This document shows, in pieces, positions 1-8,157 of a stretch of 64,000 nt of DNA. Where the stretch lies: the NCBI RefSeq assembly GCF_009914755.1, contig NC_060933.1, one strand, 5' to 3'. Both the position numbers and the translations under genes were made by a program. The notes beneath the pieces are model-generated. The model saw nothing but the letters and a program-made list of their open reading frames with translations, searched no databases and had not been told where the DNA came from. Numbering within the stretch: the stretch's first letter is position 1; every line of letters begins with the position of its first letter. Origin of the DNA: the human T2T-CHM13v2.0 reference genome, Homo sapiens.

Positions 1-99
1 ACAGGGCTGCGTGGCCAGCTGGGTGTGGGAGGTGCCAACACAGTAAGGGCTGGTCAAGGGGTGGCCGGGAGCGATACGGGGGGGTTGCTCAAGAAATCA

Positions 100-770
100 C
101 CGCTGGAACTGGGATCAAGTCATCCCACTTCTGGACGTATCGCCTAAGGACACGAAATCGGGATGTGGTGCAAATATGTGTCCTGCTGCGTTGGTTGTCG
201 GCACGCTACCTGTAACCAAGACGTGGAATCGACCTAAGTGCCCATCAGCAGATGACTAGAGAAGGACAAAGGAGTGGGGTTCGCAGAAGAAACACATCAG
301 GGAAAGGAAAGGAGAGCCGGTCATCTGGGACGTCATGCACGGACCCAAAAGTCATGGTGCCCAGTGAAATCAGCCAGGCCCATCCGACCCGTATTGCGTG
401 ATCTCCTTGGGATGTGGGATGGAAAGCGGTGAGGATCGCGAAAGTAGAGAGGAGAAAGGTGGTTGGCCGGGCCTGGGGCCGGGGTAGGGGCAGGGAAAAG
501 ATGCCCATGCGAGATGTGGGTCAAAGGGCACAAAGTTTCCGAGAGGCAGGTGGAGTGCTTCCTGGATATCCGTGGCAGGGCAACGTGAGTACGGTGGAGC
601 AGAATGTAAGGTTCTCGTGAATATACCCACGGGAGTAGAGCTGAAAATTCTCCCGACAGGGACAGGGGACGCATGTGGGGCGATAAGTGTGTGAATTCGG
701 CCGATTCTAGTGAATTCCCTAATGAAGACGTCACACACGGTAAGTGTGTATCATATTTATTGTCATTCAT
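100..770 (+). mobile_element. Ancient L1M(A)-type LINE-1 3' fragment, present in every monomer and strongly GC-enriched
   Basis: Blocks CATCCCACTTCTGG, TGGAATCGACCTAAGTGCCCATCAGCAGATGA, AGTGAAATCAGCCAGGC, AAGTAGAGAGGAGAAAGGTGGTT and GGTCAAAGGGCACAAAGTTTC are colinear with the L1MA ORF2-end/3'UTR. They also parallel the AT-rich L1MA at 51843-52480. Boundaries are approximate. Confidence 0.8.
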
Positions 771-1209
771 ACTTGAAGGCACCGGCGGGGGAAGGAAATA
801 ATTAAATCGCAAGACAAAACCTCCAAGAGAGATCACCTCGAAGAGAGTCTAACGTCCGTAGGAACGCTCTCGGGTTCACAAGGATTGACCGAACCCCAGG
901 ATACGTCGCTCTCCATCTGAGGCTTGCTCCAAATGGCCCTCCACTATTCCAGGCACGTGGGTGTCTCCCCTAACTCTCCCTGCTCTCCTGAGCCCATGCT
1001 GCCTATCACCCATCGGTGCAGGTCCTTTCTGAAGAGCTCGGGTGGATTCTCTCCATCCCACTTCCTTTCCCAAGAAAGAAGCCACCGTTCCAAGACACCC
1101 AATGGGACATTCCCCTTCCACCTCCTTCTCCAAAGTTGCCCAGGTGTTCATCACAGGTTAGGGAGAGAAGCCCCCAGGTTTCAGTTACAAGGCATAGGAC
1201 GCTGGCATG

Positions 1210-1210
<1 letters not shown>

Positions 1211-1252
<42 letters not shown>
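1211..1252. repeat. (AC)n microsatellite, one per monomer
   Basis: Counted repeat numbers for monomers 1-9: 21, 19, 22, 21, 22, 19, 21, 19, 21. Confidence 0.97.
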
Positions 1253-1254
<2 letters not shown>

Positions 1255-1698
1255 CTCGAAGAGGTAGCCACAAGGGTCATTAAACACTTGACGACTGTTT
1301 TCCAAAAACGTGGATGCAGTTCATCCACGCCAAAGCCAAGGGTGCAAAGCAAACACGGAATGGTGGAGAGATTCCAGAGGCTCACCAAACCCTCTCAGGA
1401 ATATTTTCCTGACCCTGGGGGCAGAGGTTGGAAACATTGAGGACATTTCTTGGGACACACGGAGAAGCTGACCGACCAGGCATTTTCCTTTCCACTGCAA
1501 ATGACCTATGGCGGGGGCATTTCACTTTCCCCTGCAAATCACCTATGGCGAGGTACCTCCCCAAGCCCCCACCCCCACTTCCGCGAATCGGCATGGCTCG
1601 GCCTCTATCCGGGTGTCACTCCAGGTAGGCTTCTCAACGCTCTCGGCTCAAAGAAGGACAATCACAGGTCCAAGCCCAAAGCCCACACCTCTTCCTTT

Positions 1699-2346
1699 TG
1701 TTATACCCACAGAAGTTAGAGAAAACGCCACACTTTGAGACAAATTAAGAGTCCTTTATTTAAGCCGGCGGCCAAAGAGATGGCTAACGCTCAAAATTCT
1801 CTGGGCCCCGAGGAAGGGGCTTGACTAACTTCTATACCTTGGTTTAGGAAGGGGAGGGGAACTCAAATGCGGTAATTCTACAGAAGTAAAAACATGCAGG
1901 AATCAAAAGAAGCAAATGGTTATAGAGAGATAAACAGTTTTAAAAGGCAAATGGTTACAAAAGGCAACGGTACCAGGTGCGGGGCTCTAAATCCTTCATG
2001 ACACTTAGATATAGGTGCTATGCTGGACACGAACTCAAGGCTTTATGTTGTTATCTCTTCGAGAAAAATCCTGGGAACTTCATGCACTGTTTGTGCCAGT
2101 ACCTTATCAGTTGATTGGGCTCCCTTGAAATGCTGAGTATCTGCTTACACAGGTCAACTCCTTGCGGAAGGGGGTTGGGTAAGGAGCCCTTCGTGTCTCG
2201 TAAATTAAGGGGTCGATTGGAGTTTGTCCAGCATTCCCAGCTACAGAGAGCCTTATTTACATGAGAAGCAAGGCTAGGTGATTAAAGAGACCGACAGGGA
2301 AGATTCAAAGTAGCGACTTAGAGTAAAAACAAGGTTAGGCATTTCA
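1699..2346 (-). mobile_element. ERV1-class solo LTR (648 bp), monomer 1
   Basis: TG...CA termini (minus strand TGAAATGCCTAACCTTGTTTTTACT...GGGTATAACA) flanked by a perfect 4-bp TSD CTTT (1695-1698 and 2347-2350). Minus-strand AATAAA at 1760-1755 near the 3' end. The 5' end resembles LTR6-like ERV1 LTRs; subfamily not assigned. Confidence 0.9.
1755..1760 (-). terminator. Candidate polyadenylation signal AATAAA (LTR-derived) for the predicted minus-strand gene; one per monomer
   Basis: Plus-strand TTTATT at 1755-1760 is the first canonical minus-strand AATAAA I found downstream of the stop codon at 2716. Confidence 0.45.
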
Positions 2347-2479
2347 CTTTCCCAGAGAACGCGCAAACATTCAATGGGAGAGAGGTCCCGAGTCGTCAAA
2401 GTCCCAGATGTGGTGAGGCCCCGGGAGGAAAAACCGTGTCTTCCTTAGGATGCCCGGAACAAGAGCTAGGCTTCCGGAG

Positions 2480-3780
2480 CTAGGCAGCCATCTATGTCCG
2501 TGAGCCGGCGGGAGGGAGACCGCCGGGAGGCGAAGTGGGGCGGGGCCATCCTTCTTTCTGCTCTGCTGCTGCCGGGGAGCTCCTGGCTGGCGTCCAAGCG
2601 GCAGGAGGCCGCCGTCCTGCAGGGCGCCGTAGAGTTTGCGGTGCAGAGTCGGGATCGCCTCTGGGGCAGAGGGTTCGAGCTTTTCCAAGGCGAGGGTGCT
2701 GGCTCCCGTGCGCACCTAAGGCCCCCCAGGAGCGGGCGCAAAGGGCGGCGGGCCCGCGGGCCAGGGCCCCGCAGCCAGCAGGCTGTCGAGCGTGGCCAGC
2801 GCCCAGTGCAGGGCGGCCCCGGCGTGCGCCAGCTGCCAGGTGAGCCAGGCGCGCTGCGAGGCGCTGGGCTGCGTGCCGCCGGCGGGCCCCGGGAGGAAGG
2901 CGCCCCCCGGGGCCCGAAGCTCGCCCAGGGCCACGTCCAGCCCGCCCAGGTGGTTGACGACTCGCGAGAGCGGGCACGGGAGGGAGACCCAGGCTTCTGG
3001 GGAGTGGCGTCGGCGGCGCTTTGGGGAGGTGGGTCGCTCCTCCCGGACGTCAACGCGGCGTTGCGGGCCGCTCGTCCTCCCTGGCGATCTAGGCCGGTGC
3101 TTTGGCTCCTCCAGGCGCCTCGGGCTGGGAACAGAACCTGCGCGGGAGACAGAGCGGGAGGTGTCAGAGGGACTGCGCGCAGCGCTAGGGGACCCATTTC
3201 CAAGGTCCCGAAGCCGCTCCCGACCCCGCCTCCCCATGCCCTCCATCCCCCACCCCTCCGCGGCTCGCCTCCGCGCCCCATCCTCTCGGCCCCTCCCTGC
3301 ATCCTGGGGACTCCGGTGCCCCGTCCGGGGTGCCCTCCCCTCCGCCCGTTCAAACTTGAAGCACATCTCATCTGGGGCCACCGGGGGCCCGGGTTCCTGG
3401 CGCACTGAGGGCTTCCTCGGCCCCCTCGGGGCCCCCCACTCCCCGCTCCCCTTCCCGGGGCCCTGCGCCCTCCTCCCCACCCCTCCAAGCTCCCAGCCCC
3501 TAAACCTGCCTCCTCTGCGCTCGTGGGGGCGTCGTGCTCTGCCGGACTCGGGCTTGTCGTGGCCTCGCTCTCCGGCTGGGGCTGGTCGTGGCTTGACCTT
3601 CCGCCCTCGGTTTCCGGTTTCTCTGCCGGGACTGCGAGGGGAGCCGTCGGGGCTTCTCCACCGTTTGTGCCTGGACGCAGAGGCCTCCCGGCTGTGCCCG
3701 CTGAAAGCTGCGGGGGAAGAGGAGGTCGACAGTGAGTGGGCCATGACCCGTCCGTAGACGGCTGCGGGAGGGTTGCAAGG
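2480..3780. other. CpG island / very GC-rich core of the monomer, covering predicted exons 2-3; repeated in each monomer
   Basis: Dense CpG dinucleotides and visibly very high GC content (not computed). Boundaries are approximate. Confidence 0.85.
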
Positions 3781-4217
3781 GCCAAGCTCCCAGAGTGACT
3801 TCAAGGCAGGAATGGCTCTGCTCCCAGGTGTCCCCCACCCCCTCCTCTTTCTCCAGCTGCCCAAGACCTCCAGGCCCCACTCCCCTGGTCCCTTCCTGTC
3901 TCCTGACTCTGGCTGTTCCCCAGCTGCCTGCCACCCTCCAGCAAACCCTCCTCCGCGGGCGCACCCAGAGGATGGCCCAGCTGGCGGAGCCACCCAGCAC
4001 ACAAAAAGTCTGCCTTTCTTTGACCTTAGGTTTCCCCACCACCTGCCGGATCAGGGCCCGTGGGGCGGGGGCCGCTGCCTTTGTCACCCCAGCTCTAACT
4101 CTCCTGCCTCCCTGGCCCCTGCCACCCCCTCCACACACCAATCCGCACAGACGAGACACTCGACCCTCACTCACCTCGTCCTCTCTCAGAGCCCTCCCGG
4201 GTCTTGCGTGTCTCCAT
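2716..4217 (-). CDS. Predicted 3-exon gene, copy 1 (coding exons 4217-4175, 3707-3510, 3137-2716): 220-aa Arg/Ser/Pro-rich, probably nuclear protein of unknown function
   Basis: Kozak AAGATGG at 4217. Intron 1: donor GAG|GTGAGT (4175/4174), branch CTCAC, acceptor CCTCCTCTTCCCCCGCAG| (3708/3707). Intron 2: GC donor GAG|GCAGGT (3510/3509), branch CTGAC, acceptor CTCTGTCTCCCGCGCAG| (3138/3137). TAG at 2718-2716. Both junctions are phase 1; 43+198+422=663 nt. Protein METRKTREGSERGRAFSGHSREASASRHKRWRSP...TSPKRRRRHSPEAWVSLPCPLSRVVNHLGGLDVALGELR...QRAWLTWQLAHAGAALHWALATLDSLLAAGPWPAGPPPFAPAPGGP. Confidence 0.6.
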
Positions 4218-4369
4218 CTTCCCCTGCTTTCCACAGGGAGGTCTGTCTTCTCCCGTCTCCTCAAAGGACAGCTTCCCCATCCAGGAAAGAGCTCTGTGTT
4301 CCCGGCGAGGAGGCTCTAACCTCTGGCAGCCTGAGCAGCGCAAGCCGGGCAATGGCCGGTTGGGCGCAG

Positions 4370-4475
4370 CCGGCGGGCTTTGATAGGGAGCCAGGACCCC
4401 CTGCTGGGAGTTCCCAGGAGGATTGGCTGCGGACACGCCCACAGTGGCAGGCTACCTTGATTAGGTTAGGCGGGT
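4370..4475 (-). promoter_or_regulatory. Candidate proximal promoter of the predicted gene: DUX4-type double-homeobox motif, CCAAT box, GC boxes and a TATA-like/TCF element; one per monomer
   Basis: Minus-strand TAACCTAATCA at 4468-4458 matches DUX4 consensus TAAYYYAATCA. AGCCAATC at 4428-4421. TATCAAAG (plus-strand CTTTGAT, 4378-4384). GGCGGG at 4372 and 4469. DUX motif copies start at 9900, 15330, 20758, 26188, 31608, 37056, 42480 and 47928. Confidence 0.55.
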
Positions 4476-4691
4476 TGGAGGGGTTCCGCTTTCTCCCTGG
4501 GTCCCTGCCGCTCTGTCTCCCGCAAGTGATGAGCAATTTTGCGGAGTGGCAGAACAGAGACAAAGGTAGCTGTGGGCTTCACGGTAATTTCAAAGGAAGT
4601 GCCCTACTTCGTTGCCCATTTCGAAGTCCTCTCTACCTCTGCGTTGGACGATTTCTCCACTTCCTGGTGTGCACCTGCGTGTGTGCGTGCC

Positions 4692-4730
4692 TGTGTGTGT
4701 GTGTGTGTGTGTGCGCGCGCGCGCGCGTGC
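4692..4730. repeat. Compound (TG)n(CG)n microsatellite, one per monomer
   Basis: (TG)11(CG)7 in monomer 1; both blocks vary in length between monomers. Confidence 0.95.
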
Positions 4731-6655
4731 TGGGGTGTGTGCATACTATGCCGAGAGTCGGGCAAATTTCGAGTGAAGGGAGACCGAGTCCCGCAGGTTC
4801 TCTTGCTCCTGCAGTCTGCGGAGGAAAAACTCCTTTCTGGCACGGCGGCAGGAATCCATCTACCGACGTTAGGAAAGGACAGGGTGTGCTTTCGTCCCAG
4901 CTTAGTTTTCTATGGAGAAACAGGCAGCAGAGGAGAGTGGGCCAGAGGGCCACATTTTGCCCACGACCAGCCAGGTTTGAGTTGGTTCCTCCTAGGCCTC
5001 ACGGTCTGATTTTCTCCTCCCCTTTGTGTACCCGACGGGTGTTGCTCTGAGCTCAGGACCATCCCGGCGGGCTGCGGATGGGATCATCGTGTGTGTATGG
5101 CCACAGCCCTCCGCCTCGCTCGCTCGGTGAGCACGTGAATCAAGGAAGGGGCACACGACTCTAGGCAGGACCCGGCGGGGTGTGGGGAGGAGAAACTCGG
5201 TAAGAGAAGAGAGGGAGAGGGAGACGTGCGAGGCGCAGGCTGTCCCAGGCGAGTCTGAGAAACGGCGTGCGCGGAGACGTCCGCCAGAAAGCAAGCAGGC
5301 GAAAGGAAATGGAACGTCCGCAGGGCCGGTGCCGTGGGATCCGGTCACGCCCTGACGGCTTTCGGGGACATCTCAGGCTCGCTGTCTCCGCCTTGGACCT
5401 GGCGCAGAGAGGAGTGAGGCCTGAGGACAGGGCTGCGTGGCCAGCTGGGTGTGGGAGGTGCCAACACAGTAAGGGCTGGTCAAGGGGTGGCCGGGAGCGA
5501 TACGGGGGGGTTGCTCAAGAAATCACCGCTGGAACTGGGATTCCAGTCCAGTGGGATACGTCCAGTCATCCCACTTCTGGACGTATCGCCTAAGGACACG
5601 AAATCGGGATGTGGTGCAAATATGTGTCCTGCTGCGTTGGTTGTCGGCACGCTGCCTGTAACCAAGACGTGGAATCGACCTAAGTGCCCATCAGCAGATG
5701 ACTAGAGAAGGACAAAGGAGTGGGGTTCGCAGAAGAAACACATCAGGGAAAGGAAAGGAGAGCCGGTCATCTGGGACGTCATGCATGGACCCAAAAGTCA
5801 TGGTGCCCAGTGAAATCAGCCAGGCCCATCCGACCCGTATTGCGTGATCTCCTTGGGATGTGGGATGGAAAGCGGTGAGGATCGCGAAAGTAGAGAGGAG
5901 AAAGGTGGTTGGCCGGGCCTGGGGCCGGGGTAGGGGCAGGGAAAAGATGCCCATGCGAGATGTGGGTCAAAGGGCAGAAAGTTTCCGAGAGGCAGGTGGA
6001 GTGCTTCCTGGATATCCGTGGCAGGGCAACGCGAGTACGGTGGAGCAGAATGTAAGGTTCTCGTGAATATACCCACGGGAGTAGAGCTGAAAATTCTCCC
6101 GACAGGGACAGGGGACGCATGTGGGGCGATAAGTGTGTGAATTCGGCCGATTCTAGTGAATTCCCTAATGAAGACGTCACACACGGTAAGTGTGTATCAT
6201 ATTTATTGTCATTCATACTTGAAGGCACCGGCGGGGGAAGGAAATAATTAAATCGCAAGACAAAACTTCCAAGAGAGATCACCTCGAAGAGAGTCTAACG
6301 TCCGTAGGAACGCTCTCGGGTTCACAAGGATTGACCGAACCCCAGGATACGTCGCTCTCCATCTGAGGCTTGCTCCAAATGGCCCTCCACTATTCCAGGC
6401 ACGTGGGTGTCTCCCCTAACTCTCCCTGCTCTCCTGAGCCCATGCTGCCTATCACCCATCGGTGCAGGTCCTTTCTGAAGAGCTCGGGTGGATTCTCTCC
6501 ATCCCACTTCCTTTCCCAAGAAAGAAGCCACCGTTCCAAGACACCCAATGGGACATTCCCCTTCCACCTCCTTCTCCAAAGTTGCCCAGGTGTTCATCAC
6601 AGGTTAGGGAGAGAAGCCCCCAGGTTTCAGTTACAAGGCATAGGACGCTGGCATG

Positions 6656-6696
<41 letters not shown>

Positions 6697-7140
6697 CTCG
6701 AAGAGGTAGCCACAAGGGTCATTAAACACTTGACGACTGTTTTCCAAAAACGTGGATGCAGTTCATCCACGCCAAAGCCAAGGGTGCAAAGCAAACACGG
6801 AATGGTGGAGAGATTCCAGAGGCTCACCAAACCCTCTCAGGAATATTTTCCTGACCCTGGGGGCAGAGGTTGGAAACATTGAGGACATTTCTTGGGACAC
6901 ACGGAGAAGCTGACCGACCAGGCATTTTCCTTTCCACTGCAAATGACCTATGGCGGGGGCATTTCACTTTCCCCTGCAAATCACCTATGGCGAGGTACCT
7001 CCCCAAGCCCCCACCCCCACTTCCGCGAATCGGCATGGCTCGGCCTCTATCCGGGTGTCACTCCAGGTAGGCTTCTCAACGCTCTCGGCTCAAAGAAGGA
7101 CAATCACAGGTCCAAGCCCAAAGCCCACACCTCTTCCTTT

Positions 7141-7788
7141 TGTTATACCCACAGAAGTTAGAGAAAACGCCACACTTTGAGACAAATTAAGAGTCCTTTA
7201 TTTAAGCCGGCGGCCAAAGAGATGGCTAACGCTCAAAATTCTCTGGGCCCCGAGGAAGGGGCTTGACTAACTTCTATACCTTGGTTTAGGAAGGGGAGGG
7301 GAACTCAAATGCGGTAATTCTACAGAAGTAAAAACATGCAGGAATCAAAAGAAGCAAATGGTTATAGAGAGATAAACAGTTTTAAAAGGCAAATGGTTAC
7401 AAAAGGCAACGGTACCAGGTGCGGGGCTCTAAATCCTTCATGACACTTAGATATAGGTGCTATGCTGGACACGAACTCAAGGCTTTATGTTGTTATCTCT
7501 TCGAGAAAAATCCTGGGAACTTCATGCACTGTTTGTGCCAGTATCTTATCAGTTGATTGGGCTCCCTTGAAATGCTGAGTATCTGCTTACACAGGTCAAC
7601 TCCTTGCGGAAGGGGGTTGGGTAAGGAGCCCTTCGTGTCTCGTAAATTAAGGGGTCGATTGGAGTTTGTCCAGCATTCCCAGCTACAGAGAGCCTTATTT
7701 ACATGAGAAGCAAGGCTAGGTGATTAAAGAGACCGACAGGGAAGATTCAAAGTAGCGACTTAGAGTAAAAACAAGGTTAGGCATTTCA
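7141..7788 (-). mobile_element. ERV1-class solo LTR, monomer 2
   Basis: Copy of 1699-2346 with CTTT TSD. Confidence 0.9.
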
Positions 7789-8157
7789 CTTTCCCAGAGA
7801 ACGCGCAAACATTCAATGGGAGAGAGGTCCCGAGTCGTCAAAGTCCCAGATGTGGCGAGCCCCCGGGAGGAAAAACCGTGTCTTCCTTAGGATGCCCGGA
7901 ACAAGAGCTAGGCTTCCGGAGCTAGGCAGCCATCTATGTCCGTGAGCCGGCGGGAGGGAGACCGCCGGGAGGCGAAGTGGGGCGGGGCCATCCTTCTTTC
8001 TGCTCTGCTGCTGCCGGGGAGCTCCTGGCTGGCGTCCAAGCGGCAGGAGGCCGCCGTCCTGCAGGGCGCCGTAGAGTTTGCGGTGCAGAGTCGGGATCGC
8101 CTCTGGGGCAGAGGGTTCGAGCTTTTCCAAGGCGAGGGTGCTGGCTCCCGTGCGCAC

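Noticed and set aside
328-960. CRE-like GACGTCA and E-box CACGTG hits
   Set aside because: Short motifs expected by chance in CpG-rich DNA and not positioned at the predicted promoter.
924-1440. Poly-HT / poly-CV ORFs
   Set aside because: These are translations of the (AC)n microsatellite, and the frame varies with repeat number.
3506-3707. Alternative reading of exon 2 (LPAGTAGR...SAEEAG) using the CAG|GTTTAG donor
   Set aside because: It also joins exon 3 in frame, but needs a phase-0 exon 1 (…ALREDE) that has no ATG, only TTG at 4264, and the donor is poor. Not excluded, but less favoured.
2466-3785. Long unspliced ORFs on both strands of the CpG island (439, 428, 321, 304 aa) as stand-alone genes
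   Set aside because: They overlap in nearly all frames, are G/P/R/A-rich, and several start at non-ATG codons, as expected for stop-poor GC-rich DNA. Only the 428-aa frame is used, as part of the spliced model.
3773-5050. Plus-strand 333-425 aa ORF
   Set aside because: It runs through the (TG)n(CG)n tract and changes frame and length between monomers; no recognisable domain.
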